Below, piece by piece: positions 40,298 through 49,945 of a stretch of 64,000 nucleotides of DNA. Source of the stretch: an uncultured Nitrospiraceae bacterium. GTDB taxonomy: Bacteria > Nitrospirota > Nitrospiria > Nitrospirales > Nitrospiraceae. Each line of letters starts with the position of its first letter. Position 1 is the first letter of the stretch. The translations under genes and the position numbers were made by a program. The stretch spans positions 576,001 through 640,000 of the forward strand of contig CAWJWJ010000001.1 of the NCBI GenBank assembly GCA_963846575.1, given 5' to 3'. Below the pieces are notes generated by a model. It had not been told where the DNA came from. It saw nothing but the letters and a program-made list of their open reading frames with translations, and searched no databases.

Positions 40298-40723
40298 GCA
40301 GGCCTCACGGTCGTCAGGAGTCACCCGTAGCGGGACAAGATTTCAGGTCTTGGCCGGACGGTCTGAACCATGGGGGGAGCGACGTCCCGAGCGAGCGTGG
40401 AGCGCATCGCCTTCAGGGAAACACGAAGGATGGTATTCAGCTGCGCGTGACCGCGATGTGTGTCGATGTTGAGGAAATGGACTCGCTCGCCGATCGGCAT
40501 AGACTCGCACCTCCGCCTCAGGTCCTGGAATCGTTGAGTAGAAATCACCCTCCGTATCCGTTTCGATACGCCGCGGTATCGCTTCTGATACTGCGCTGAA
40601 CCACCCTTGCACATTGGCACGGCGCTGGTTCGCCAATCCTCTCAGAACTTGAGCTCACCCTAATAGTATTCCGTTTCTGAGACCGGGCATCCGTTTTGCT
40701 CAGTCTAGGTAGCAAGAACCGGA

Positions 40724-41314
40724 ATGCACATCATGGCTACTGTCAGTTTCAACAGATGGCTCAAGGACGGATCCTCAGCCCTAGTACGCCATCAAGCCCT
40801 GACTCACGCGAATGGCCTCGAAGCGAACGGGGATCAGCCAATGGACGCAAACAAGGAACTACCCACGCCACCGCTTCTGGGCTGGTTCGACTATGGAACG
40901 CAGGCAACAACCAAATGCTGGACGTGGCTCGCAGGTGCGAGGGGCCGGGCGGAACATACATTCCTCACCCCGGAGTTGCTCTTTCCCTTGATCTACGGAG
41001 CAGCACTCGCCGCAAACTTATCGTGGGTCTGGATCGCACTCGGCCGCCCGTTCCATCCGGCATGGATCGTCGCGCCGCTCGTGATGTTTCTGACGGCCGA
41101 CTGGACGGAACAGCTTTTCCACCTGGCACAATTCCGTCACTATCTTTCCTCGGACGAGGGGCGCAGTCAAAACCTGTGGCTCCTGGCCTCCGGCTATGTG
41201 ATGGTGCTTAAGATGTGGCTCACCACCGGTCTCTACGTGAGCCTGGGCGGACTAATCGTCAGAATGATTGTCACGCTCTCGGATCGGCGGGTGGTGTCTA
41301 CAGCCGCGGAATAA
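40724..41314 (+). CDS. Hypothetical membrane protein
   Basis: Several hydrophobic segments (ELLFPLIYG, ADWTE). The N-terminus looks atypical and may be degraded. Confidence 0.5.
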   Translation: MHIMATVSFNRWLKDGSSALVRHQALTHANGLEANGDQPMDANKELPTPPLLGWFDYGTQATTKCWTWLAGARGRAEHTFLTPELLFPLIYGAALAANLSWVWIALGRPFHPAWIVAPLVMFLTADWTEQLFHLAQFRHYLSSDEGRSQNLWLLASGYVMVLKMWLTTGLYVSLGGLIVRMIVTLSDRRVVSTAAE

Positions 41315-41791
41315 TGATTGGTCGTCAGGAACTCTTTGTCGAGGGAAGTGGTACAGCCAAATGACAACGGCCCGCATGAGAAGCGACTGCCTCGAATTAT
41401 TGAGCGTGCGTTCCCCCGCCGGCGGGCCACACCGGAAGCAATTGGATCAGACATGCTCCAGAACCGCCCTGCAAGGATGGCCTCAACTCGTCAATACCTG
41501 CCCGCCGCCAGACATCCCCTGGATTGCCGATGAACCAGCGGTTCACCGTTGGCTTGAAAGGTGGCGGAGGACTCGCGCAGCCGCGGTTAATCCCGGGATG
41601 GCCGTGAAGGCCTTCTGGCCGGAGATCGAACACCGCAGTCCCTCCGGAAACAGGCGCACGTTGCCTCAACCGAAACACCTGGCCGACCTTCTCAATCGCT
41701 CCGCACAACCCTTGAGAGACATTACCGCCGCCACCTGCTCCACGCGCCCGACCCACCGCCAGCAGCAGCTATCTTTCCGTCGCAACATCAC

Positions 41792-42487
41792 TTGCGTAGG
41801 CTTTGGCGTTCGCGTACCTTTAAGATTCACCATCGCAGGGAGATCATTATTTTACAAAACTATCGCCCTCTCTTCCTCGCTCTTGTACTCTCAGCCCTGC
41901 CCGGCTGTGCGATCGAACAGGAAATTTCCCGCACCCCGCGAACAGCCGTCGAGCAACTGCTCCTGACAACCTCCGTCGAGCGGGCATTGGTCAACCTGAC
42001 GCTGACCCTACCCCCCAAAGCCAGCCTGCATCTGGAAGTCACCGGGTTTTACATCGATCGTGGCCGGTTGACGTTGAGGGATTCGGGCTCAGGTACCATT
42101 CAGGATCCCACGGTTGATTTCCTGTTCGTAAGGGACACCGTGGGCGTGGCGCTTGGGCGAATGGGGTACCGTGTCCGCAAGCGCGACGAGCACCCTGACT
42201 ACCTGGTCCGGGTGTCAATCGAGTCACTCGGCACCATGCAGGGCCTGACCTTCGTCGGCATGCCGCCCGTCCAAAGCCTCATCATCCCCTTTGCGCTTCC
42301 CGAACTGACGCTCTACAAACACCAGGCCCAAAGCGGATACGCCAGGTTGCATCTCGATGTGTTTGAGCAGGCCACGGGCGACTACAAAGGATCGTCCGCC
42401 ACGATCATCGGGCGCACCCATTATGATCAATACACGGCCTTCTTTTACGCGACCTGGATCGAAACGGATCTGATGGCGCCGCCATAA
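41792..42487 (+). CDS. Putative lipoprotein (start uncertain)
   Basis: Lipobox ALPG/C followed by TPRTAVEQLL. The only in-frame canonical start (TTG) is well upstream of the signal peptide. Confidence 0.7.
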   Translation: MRRLWRSRTFKIHHRREIIILQNYRPLFLALVLSALPGCAIEQEISRTPRTAVEQLLLTTSVERALVNLTLTLPPKASLHLEVTGFYIDRGRLTLRDSGSGTIQDPTVDFLFVRDTVGVALGRMGYRVRKRDEHPDYLVRVSIESLGTMQGLTFVGMPPVQSLIIPFALPELTLYKHQAQSGYARLHLDVFEQATGDYKGSSATIIGRTHYDQYTAFFYATWIETDLMAPP

Positions 42488-42517
42488 CGTGAGGCCCCCT
42501 CCGTGGAGCCTCACGTC
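42488..42517. terminator. Stem-loop after the lipoprotein gene
   Basis: ACGTGAGG…CCTCACGT immediately after the TAA. Confidence 0.45.
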
Positions 42518-42909
42518 TTGAAATCAATGACGGACATGCCGCGCTGAGCTTCCTCGCACAGAATCCGGATAGAGAATTCTCCCGCCTCCCCTCTGCGCCG
42601 GCAGGTATCCCCGCCACGACGGAAACCCTTCTCAAGATGGATCTCTTTCAACGAAGGGGACAGGACCGTCGGTCCCCCTCCCGCTCAAGCTCTGCAAAAG
42701 TTTGATCTCTGCTTGGCAATCCGCGGGTCTTCTTCAATACTGAGCCGAGATTGTGTGTCTGTGGATCTTGCGAATGCGAGAACCGGCCGAGGTCTGGGAG
42801 CACTTGAGGCTGGCACGGCTGATCTCGTTGACTCCCTGCCCCCTCTCGCAGCCTAGGCTGTGAACCAGATGCCAACAAGACGTGGTCGTCGAACAACTGG
42901 AGTGATTCG

Positions 42910-44169
42910 ATGTTACATCGGAGAGGCGCGCTGACCGCCATCGTAGTCGGGTTGGCCACCGCCCTGGCCGGACTCATGCTGCTGGAGGGTTTGTCACGGA
43001 TCCTTCTGACGGTGCGTGCGGACCTGTCATCCCCTGAACCGGATTGGTACCAATACGCCTCCGACGTCGGCTGGGATCGACGGCCCCTGTTCAAAGGACT
43101 GGTCGCGGGAGAGCTGCGCCGGCAAGACCCGCTGCGATATCAGCGCGAGTTCGACTCACAGGGGTTCTTTTCGATCGACACGGAGCAGATCCACAGCAGG
43201 GCGCACAAGAAGGTCCTTGCGATCGGCGATTCCAATACATTCGGGTGGGGCGTGCCGAGCCGAAACGCATTTCCGGAAGTCCTGGATGACCTTCGCCCCG
43301 ATGTCGACGTCATCAATTTGGGAGTCAGCGGCCACACGTCGCTTCAAGGCTACGAAATGCTGGTCAAACATTTCGATCAGGTCCGTCCGGATATCGTCGT
43401 CGCCGCCTATAGTTTCAACGATCGGCGTATCGTCTCCTCAAAGGAAGCCGCCGACAGCCGCGGGAAATACGAACGAGAAACGCTATCGCATCGGTTCGAC
43501 CTGATCCGCGGAAAGCTCTATCTCTATCGCGCGATGCAAGTGCTGTTGTCCAAGGTAGGTCTCATCAAGAGTGGCGGAGAACCCAATCTCACGGTAGACG
43601 CGCGCACCGCCGACACGCGCGTCTCGCCCGAACAATACCGCTTGAATCTGGAGCGCATCGCACAATTCTGCCGGGACCGGCAGGTGCCGGTGGTGTTCGT
43701 CGTATTACAGGATAATCCGGCTCACACCGAACATCTGCGGGCGGGCATCTCCCATCTGAACAGCGGCCGGTATGCAGAGGCGGAAGCAGCACTGCGCATC
43801 GCAGTCTCCATGGATAACTGGTTTTCAGACTTGGCCAGGAAATATCTGGCCATGGCCTTAGAGCATCAGGGGGCTTCGGAGGAAGCCCGGTCCGTGGCCG
43901 CCCTCACCGTACCGGCCTGGAGACTGACACACGGAGGAAGACCGCTTCGTCTGGACAGCGACTACAACGACATCGTGCGGGCCGTCGGCCGTGGGTTCGG
44001 CGCGATCGTCGTGGAAGCCGGACAGGCGCTCGCGGACGATGCCAGCCTGTACCTGGATATGGCCCACCCGGATGAACGCGGTCACCGCATCATTGCCACG
44101 CTCGTGAATCGCGCCCTCGAGGGCCTGCTGCCTACGCCCCAAATAGCCGCTCAACCGCCATCCCATTGA
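42910..44169 (+). CDS. SGNH/GDSL hydrolase family protein with a TPR insert
   Basis: N-terminal anchor, IGDSNTFG, NLGVSG, SFND, DMAHP. TPR-like segment GRYAEAEAALR. Confidence 0.85.
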   Translation: MLHRRGALTAIVVGLATALAGLMLLEGLSRILLTVRADLSSPEPDWYQYASDVGWDRRPLFKGLVAGELRRQDPLRYQREFDSQGFFSIDTEQIHSRAHKKVLAIGDSNTFGWGVPSRNAFPEVLDDLRPDVDVINLGVSGHTSLQGYEMLVKHFDQVRPDIVVAAYSFNDRRIVSSKEAADSRGKYERETLSHRFDLIRGKLYLYRAMQVLLSKVGLIKSGGEPNLTVDARTADTRVSPEQYRLNLERIAQFCRDRQVPVVFVVLQDNPAHTEHLRAGISHLNSGRYAEAEAALRIAVSMDNWFSDLARKYLAMALEHQGASEEARSVAALTVPAWRLTHGGRPLRLDSDYNDIVRAVGRGFGAIVVEAGQALADDASLYLDMAHPDERGHRIIATLVNRALEGLLPTPQIAAQPPSH

Positions 44170-44228
44170 AAACAAATCGAGCAATGCCTTTCTCCGTGGA
44201 CCTCCACGGTTCTCCTTCGTGAAATCCT

Positions 44229-44252
44229 CCGTCAGGACGGCGCCTTTTTTTT
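44229..44252 (+). terminator. Possible intrinsic terminator
   Basis: ccgtc-ag-gacgg followed by a T8 tract. The stem is weak. Confidence 0.4.
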
Positions 44253-44472
44253 GAGTTCTGGACCACTCGCCGTTGACCGGACTCTCCCCCCTAGGACCGG
44301 GGCAATTGAGTCGGCTCTGGAGTGTCGAACGACGGTTCCGACCACTGAGGACCAGCCTTCACCGGCGATGTGACCAGACCCTTCCGGTGCCCTATGGAAA
44401 GAATTCGCCCTTGAACCAGCTAGGGAAGCACGTCACACTGGTCTGGAAAGGGACTGAATCTTCGAGGATATC

Positions 44473-45366
44473 ATGCTGCCACGGAACAGATTTTTTCAGG
44501 TAGGCCTCGCGACTTGCGGTTCGCTGGTCGGCACGCTCTTCCTGCTGCTCCTACCTACTCTATCTGCTTCCGCCCAGCCGGCGCGCCCGACAGATGAAAT
44601 CACCAACCTGGTCGAGGACGTCTACCTGTTCCGGCATCAATCCCATCAGGCCATCTTCATCGTGACACCGAAGGGGGTGATCGTGACCGATCCGATCAGC
44701 CTTGAGGCCGCGACCTGGCTGAAAGGGGAGATCACAAAACGGACCGATCAACCCGTGCGTTATGTCATCTACAGTCATCATCACAACGATCACATCACCG
44801 GAGGCCGCGTGTTTGCCGACCAGGCATTATTCGTCAGCCACCAGGCTGCGCGCGCCAGAATCCTCCAGGCGGACGATCCCGATACTCCCGCGCCAGACCT
44901 GACGTTCACGGATCGGATGTCCATCGATCTGGGCGGAAAACGCGTCGAGCTCGTGTATACGGGAAAGAACCATTCGGACAACAGCCTCGTCCTGCTGCTG
45001 CCGCAGGAACGGCTGTTATTCGCCGTCGATTTCATTCCCGTCGGGACGGTCGCCTATCGGGCCCTGCCGGACGGCTATCCCGACGAGTGGATCGAATCTC
45101 TGAAGCAGGTCGAGCGCTTGGACTTCGACACGTTGGTCCCGGGGCATGGAAAGGTCGGTAAGAAAGCAGATGTGCGGCTCTTTCGAGCCTATCTCGAAGC
45201 GCTTCGCGCCGCCGTAAGGGAGCAGCTTCAGCAGGGCGCGAGCCTGGAGGAGGCGATGCAAATCGTCCGTCTGCCTCAGTACGAAGATTGGTACGGCTAT
45301 GCAGACTGGTTTACCGAGAACGTGGAAGGCATGTACCGGCACCTCGCGCAGCAGTCGCACAGATAG
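44473..45366 (+). CDS. Exported MBL-fold metallo-hydrolase
   Basis: Signal peptide, SHHHNDH, NHS, FAVD, PGHG. Confidence 0.88.
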   Translation: MLPRNRFFQVGLATCGSLVGTLFLLLLPTLSASAQPARPTDEITNLVEDVYLFRHQSHQAIFIVTPKGVIVTDPISLEAATWLKGEITKRTDQPVRYVIYSHHHNDHITGGRVFADQALFVSHQAARARILQADDPDTPAPDLTFTDRMSIDLGGKRVELVYTGKNHSDNSLVLLLPQERLLFAVDFIPVGTVAYRALPDGYPDEWIESLKQVERLDFDTLVPGHGKVGKKADVRLFRAYLEALRAAVREQLQQGASLEEAMQIVRLPQYEDWYGYADWFTENVEGMYRHLAQQSHR

Positions 45367-45474
45367 TTGCGCATCCTGCCTGCATGAGGCCTCAATCACA
45401 GCCGTTTGTCCGGCCGCCGGTGACAATGCGGAACCCGACCTTGAACGGGGGAAGGCCTGACGGCAACGCAATCG

Positions 45475-45588
45475 CTACGGTTTCTTCTTTTTCTTGTCGG
45501 CAGGGTTATCGGAAAAGAGCAACCAGGCGAGGACGACGAAGCCGATCGCAACACCCGTGACCGCCAGCCATGTGCCGAGTTTGTCCAT
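45475..45588 (-). CDS. 37-aa single-pass membrane peptide with a poly-Lys tail
   Basis: MDKLGTWLAVTGVAIGFVVLAWLLFSDNPADKKKKKP*. RBS gaggag and TAATG overlap with the ybgC stop. Too short for the ORF track. Confidence 0.75.
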   Translation of the reverse strand: MDKLGTWLAVTGVAIGFVVLAWLLFSDNPADKKKKKP

Positions 45589-45989
45589 TAGCTCCTCGTC
45601 TGTGGGGGTCCTTGTAACGCAGCCAGCGTGACTGTGTCGAGACGCGTCACTTTCAAATCATCGCCCACCGGCACGAGCTTGGCCGATCCTTCGACCACCA
45701 GGCGCCCGCTGACCCGTTCCCGCACGACGTGGGCAAAGGTGATGGAAGCCTGGCCCACTGCGGCCAGATTTGTCTCGACGGTCAAGGTATCACCATACCG
45801 GGCAGGCGAGCGATAGTCCAGTTCCGCATGCACGACCATGAACTGCCTGCCCTGATTGCGGAGCCCCGCTACCGAAACACCTCGGTCCTCGAGATACTGC
45901 GTCCTCGCCCGCTCGAAATATTTCAGATAATTGGCGTAGTACACTACCCCGCCGCAATCGGTGTCTTCGTAGTAGATCCGTATGTCCAT
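45588..45989 (-). CDS. ybgC: YbgC/FadM family acyl-CoA thioesterase
   Basis: IYYEDTDCGGVVYYANYLKYFERART. Confidence 0.9.
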   Translation of the reverse strand: MDIRIYYEDTDCGGVVYYANYLKYFERARTQYLEDRGVSVAGLRNQGRQFMVVHAELDYRSPARYGDTLTVETNLAAVGQASITFAHVVRERVSGRLVVEGSAKLVPVGDDLKVTRLDTVTLAALQGPPQTRS

Positions 45990-46057
45990 GGAATGTCGAG
46001 CGGCGTCTCTCGTCACCCGGTCCTCGTCAGCGCATGCGTCTCATGATCCACGGGACG

Positions 46058-47314
46058 CTAAAGCGCCAACGTCGGGAACTTCGGCAAGGCAGACTCGCTC
46101 ACGCCGGTGATTTTCATGACCACGTCGGACAACTGCTGTACCCGCTCGGATTTGATCGCCTCGAATCCATGACCGAGAATGGCGTGGTTGGCGGCATCGA
46201 GCAGCGGCTTCATCTTCGGCCAGTCACGAAGAAACGCTTGGCCCATCTGGTCCCCAAGCCCCGCAAGCGCGCGAAACTGACCCTGCAACGGCAATTTGTA
46301 TTTCCCGTCCACGTCGTCCTGATAACAGGTGCGGCAGGTCTCACGTAGCGCCTCCGGAAGCTGGTCCGGCTGCACGTCCCAGGTCTTGATCTTGTACTGT
46401 TTGAACAGCTGACGCTGAGCGGAGGCTTCCAGCGCGCGCAGGAGGGCCACCATGGCCCGCTCGGGATCGTGGTCGAGCTGGGCACGACGGTGTGCGTGGG
46501 CTAAAAGGTCAAGCGCGACGCCCTCTTTGACCTCGGCAGGGTCGAGGACGAGCCGTTCCAGAAATCCACTGTTCGCCTTGATGAACGGGAGCAGCGCCTT
46601 CAGTCCGGGCGGCCCGCCCCACAACGACGCCATGTCGAGTGCCTTCAGCGAGGTCTTGAGTTTTTCCCAGGCCTGCCGGTAATGAAATTGTTCCCAGAGC
46701 GCATAACCTACCGCGAGGTCGCCTAAGGCGCGATAGAGCGGCTTCTGCCCCCCGCTCACGCGAGCTTCCAAAGTATGGAACAGAATGGACGCAGCCCTGA
46801 ACGATCCGTGATTGAACGCTCCGCACGCTTCCTTGCGAACGCCGACCGCCGCTTCATCCCAGGGGTTGCCTTGCAGCCAGCGCTTGGCATGGCCGTCGAT
46901 GACAATTGCTTCGTCGGCCTCCGGCCCCGCGACATCGACCAGGCTGATGACGCGCGAGGTCCAGGGTTGACAGGCAGAGGCCAGCGCTGCCCCCATCGCC
47001 GATGTCGCTCCGGTGAGATCCACGACCAGGTCGCCGACGTGCACATCCCAGGCTTGGAACAGGTCCTGGAGGGAGCGCGACAGAGCCTGGTGGCAGGCGA
47101 TCACATCCGCCGCATCAGGGGTGACCACCCAGTCCCATCGCTTCGGCATCTGCTGCACCTGTGGCTGCACCGCCTCTTCGACCAGCATCTTGGCCGATTC
47201 CGGCACAAAGAAGCAGAGCAATTCCGGCTGCAACCGGTTGATCACGTAGGCCGCCAGGGACGGGGCGTCCGTGAAGGCGACGACGAGGGCTTTGACGGGC
47301 GTATCCGACGGCAT
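46058..47314 (-). CDS. CARF-HEPN protein of the TIGR02710-like family with degenerate motifs
   Basis: Rossmann-like N-terminus (INRLQPELLCFF; VVDLTGATSAM), GNP linker, FNHG..AA, GYALWEQF, DLLAHAHRRA, LRALE..AQ, KLPL, C-terminal ANHAILGHG. Confidence 0.72.
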   Translation of the reverse strand: MPSDTPVKALVVAFTDAPSLAAYVINRLQPELLCFFVPESAKMLVEEAVQPQVQQMPKRWDWVVTPDAADVIACHQALSRSLQDLFQAWDVHVGDLVVDLTGATSAMGAALASACQPWTSRVISLVDVAGPEADEAIVIDGHAKRWLQGNPWDEAAVGVRKEACGAFNHGSFRAASILFHTLEARVSGGQKPLYRALGDLAVGYALWEQFHYRQAWEKLKTSLKALDMASLWGGPPGLKALLPFIKANSGFLERLVLDPAEVKEGVALDLLAHAHRRAQLDHDPERAMVALLRALEASAQRQLFKQYKIKTWDVQPDQLPEALRETCRTCYQDDVDGKYKLPLQGQFRALAGLGDQMGQAFLRDWPKMKPLLDAANHAILGHGFEAIKSERVQQLSDVVMKITGVSESALPKFPTLAL

Positions 47315-47323
47315 GATCCGCGG

Positions 47324-47353
47324 ACTATACCATCGCACTCCGCGCCGGTTCAA
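47324..47353 (-). promoter_or_regulatory. Sigma70-type promoter, near-leaderless
   Basis: TTGAAC-18 bp-TATAGT with an extended TG, 9 nt before ATG 47314. Confidence 0.55.
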
Positions 47354-47513
47354 TGAACGGGGTTCGCACGGGTTCTTGTCGGAGCAGAGACCATCGTGAG
47401 CCCTGTCAACGAGCCGTGCCACCCTGGCCGCAACTTGTTCTCAAGAAACGGGACAAAGACGACCAGGCGGGACCGGAGTGGCATTTCCGGCCGGAGGAGG
47501 TCGGACTTCTCGC

Positions 47514-48566
47514 TCACCTGTCCCCCCCTGTGTGCCGTGGTTCACCGCCCGGCGGCAACGCCTCGTGCCCGAATATCGCGTGCCGTTTGAACACCCGGAG
47601 GAGATAGTAGAGCGATGGAAACAACAGGAGGCCTCCGACAGACATGGCGAGGAGGAGCCACCGGAGCGTCGGCTCCGGCGCAGCCGCCATGGAGATCGTC
47701 AGGTGCGGCGGGACGAGGTAGGGAAATTGCGCGAACGCCCAGGCCCAGATCGTCAACGTGACCTGCCCGACGATGCAGAGCCGCGCCCATCGCAAGCGTT
47801 TTTGCCAGAGGCACAGCAGTCCGGCAAGACCGGCGGCCGCAGTCCCGAACTGGACGGCCGCTCCCCACACGGTGCCGGTCAAGGCGTCCCATACGATGGG
47901 CGCGCCGCTTCGCGACGCCAGCAAGACCGTCTCCTCCAGCAACGAGGCCGCCAGTCCAGCCGTGATGGCGCGCCAGCGAAAGTCTTCCCTGAGCCTGTCG
48001 TCGACCGCCTCAACGGCCAGATAGGCCGCCGCCAGGTAAGAGACCAAGACGAGGGTAAAGAGGCCGACGAGAAAGGGGAACCATTGCAGCCAAGGGCTGA
48101 CGAAGGCTGGAACAAACCCTCCGGCGACGGGAGGGAGGCCACCGGCGATCGTGCCGATCACCACGCCGAGCCAGAAGGGCGTCAACAGGCTGGTCAGGGC
48201 GAACAGCCCTTCCCAGTGGGGGTGGAGCCTGCCGAACGAGACGTCCGCATGGCGAAGGGCGAATGAGGCGCCCCGTAAGACGATGCCGATCAGCAACAGG
48301 GTCAGAGGGATGTACAGGCTGGTTACGATGGCGGTGAAGGCGGCGGGAAAGGCGGTGAAGAGCAGCATCAGCACGAAGATCAGCCAGACATGGTTGGCCT
48401 CCCAGATCGGCACCAAGGCCTCGTCGATGAAGGCCCGGTACACCTTCGAGCGCTCGCCTCCCGCAAACAGGAACCAGGCCCCGGCTCCATAGTCCGCACC
48501 GCCCGTCAATACATAGACCGTCAGGGCCATCAGTAACGCGCCGGCGATGATCAGTTCCAGGCTCAT
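47514..48566 (-). CDS. cydB: Cytochrome bd ubiquinol oxidase subunit II
   Basis: GGADYGAG, PIWEANHVWLI, AFP, LRG, multi-TM. ATGA overlap with cydA. Confidence 0.92.
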   Translation of the reverse strand: MSLELIIAGALLMALTVYVLTGGADYGAGAWFLFAGGERSKVYRAFIDEALVPIWEANHVWLIFVLMLLFTAFPAAFTAIVTSLYIPLTLLLIGIVLRGASFALRHADVSFGRLHPHWEGLFALTSLLTPFWLGVVIGTIAGGLPPVAGGFVPAFVSPWLQWFPFLVGLFTLVLVSYLAAAYLAVEAVDDRLREDFRWRAITAGLAASLLEETVLLASRSGAPIVWDALTGTVWGAAVQFGTAAAGLAGLLCLWQKRLRWARLCIVGQVTLTIWAWAFAQFPYLVPPHLTISMAAAPEPTLRWLLLAMSVGGLLLFPSLYYLLRVFKRHAIFGHEALPPGGEPRHTGGDR

Positions 48567-49945
48567 TCTGGGTTGCTCGTCGTCCCGGAGACCGGCACGG
48601 TCCCGGCCCGGCCGCGCGAATCTCCGTGTTTCTGCCGTCCCGGCGTGATGGGAGGACTTGCTCCGATCTGGTGGAACAGCACCCAGACCACGATGGTTGC
48701 CAGAAACAGATAGAGCGCCCCGAAGAAAATCAGAGGCACGACGAGGCCGGGTACGGGCGTCACGGCGTCCGCCGTTCGCATCACGCCCGTGATAATCCAG
48801 GGTTGTCGTCCGACCTCCGTGGCCGTCCATCCCGCCTCGATCGCGAGAAATCCCAGCGGCGTGCTGCCCACCATGGCCCAGAGAAAACGTCGCGAACCTG
48901 TCATGGATCCGTCCCGCCACCAGAGCCAGCTGCCCCATAACGCGACGCCCGCCATCCAGACTCCGGTCAGGACCATGAGCTGAAACGCCGTGCGAACGAT
49001 GGCAACCGGCGGCCACTCCTCGCGCGGGACGGCATCCAGCCCGGTCACGGTCGCATGGGGGTCCAAGTACAGCATGAGGCTCAGGGCATAGGGGATCTCA
49101 ATGGCATAACGCAGCCGGCCCTGCTCCAGATCCGCCAGGCCTCCCAGCCGAAACGGCGCGCCTGATTCTGTAACAAACTGGCCCTCGAACGCCGCCAGTT
49201 TGGCCGGCTGATGGTCGGCGACGGCCTTCGCCAGAATATCGCCGCTCACCGGCTGGAAGAGCGCGCTGACGCCGCCGACCACACAGGCGATAGCAAAGGC
49301 GCGCCGATGGAGCCGACTGTCTGGATCGCGAAGCAACTGAAAGGCATGGATGCCGGCGACGGCGAACCCGGTCGCCGCATAGGCGGCCAGCACCATGTGG
49401 GGGACTTGAAACAGACCCGACGGATTCAGCATGGCCGCGATGGGGTCGATGTCGAGAGGCTGGGCATCGACGAGGCGAAATCCGCGCGGAGTCTGCATCC
49501 ATCCGTTGGCCAGCACGACGAAGACTGCCGAAGCGATGCCGCTGAGCGCCACGACGATACCCGCCGCCAGATGCGCCGCAGGAGTAAGCCACCGCCATCC
49601 GTAGAGATACAGACCGAGAAAGATCGCCTCGGCGAAGAACGCGAACCCTTCCAAGGTAAAGGCCAGTCCGATGACCGGGCCTGCCCAGGCCATGAACCCG
49701 GGCCAGAGCAGCCCGAGTTGAAACGACAGGATGGTGCCGGAGATGGCCCCGATCGCGAACAGAACCGCCGTTTTCTTCGCCCACCGTTTCGTCAGCGTCA
49801 GGTATACGTCTTCCCCTGTTCGCAGCCAGCGCCACTCGGCGATCACCATCAAGAGCGGCAGGCCCATCCCCACCACCGCAAAGATGATGTGGAACGCCAG
49901 CGACATCGCCATCAACGATCGGGCTGCGAGGAGTTCCGGTATCAT
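48563..49945 (-). CDS. cydA: Cytochrome bd ubiquinol oxidase subunit I (short Q-loop)
   Basis: FHIIF, EGFAFFAE, ANGWMQTP, PHM, QPAKLAAFEG, EAGW…EVGRQPW. Confidence 0.95.
   Translation of the reverse strand: MIPELLAARSLMAMSLAFHIIFAVVGMGLPLLMVIAEWRWLRTGEDVYLTLTKRWAKKTAVLFAIGAISGTILSFQLGLLWPGFMAWAGPVIGLAFTLEGFAFFAEAIFLGLYLYGWRWLTPAAHLAAGIVVALSGIASAVFVVLANGWMQTPRGFRLVDAQPLDIDPIAAMLNPSGLFQVPHMVLAAYAATGFAVAGIHAFQLLRDPDSRLHRRAFAIACVVGGVSALFQPVSGDILAKAVADHQPAKLAAFEGQFVTESGAPFRLGGLADLEQGRLRYAIEIPYALSLMLYLDPHATVTGLDAVPREEWPPVAIVRTAFQLMVLTGVWMAGVALWGSWLWWRDGSMTGSRRFLWAMVGSTPLGFLAIEAGWTATEVGRQPWIITGVMRTADAVTPVPGLVVPLIFFGALYLFLATIVVWVLFHQIGASPPITPGRQKHGDSRGRAGTVPVSGTTSNPE

Noticed and set aside
40614..40630. 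TGGCACG sigma54-like half-sites (also near 42811 and 47416)
   Set aside because: The -12 GC is missing or mis-spaced.
40321..40636. Short overlapping minus-strand ORFs
   Set aside because: No SD or motif I can recognise, so I cannot support them as genes or pseudogenes.
47350..47517. 55-codon ORF overlapping the cydB stop, as a CydX/CydS candidate
   Set aside because: No hydrophobic TM helix and no CydX-like motif.
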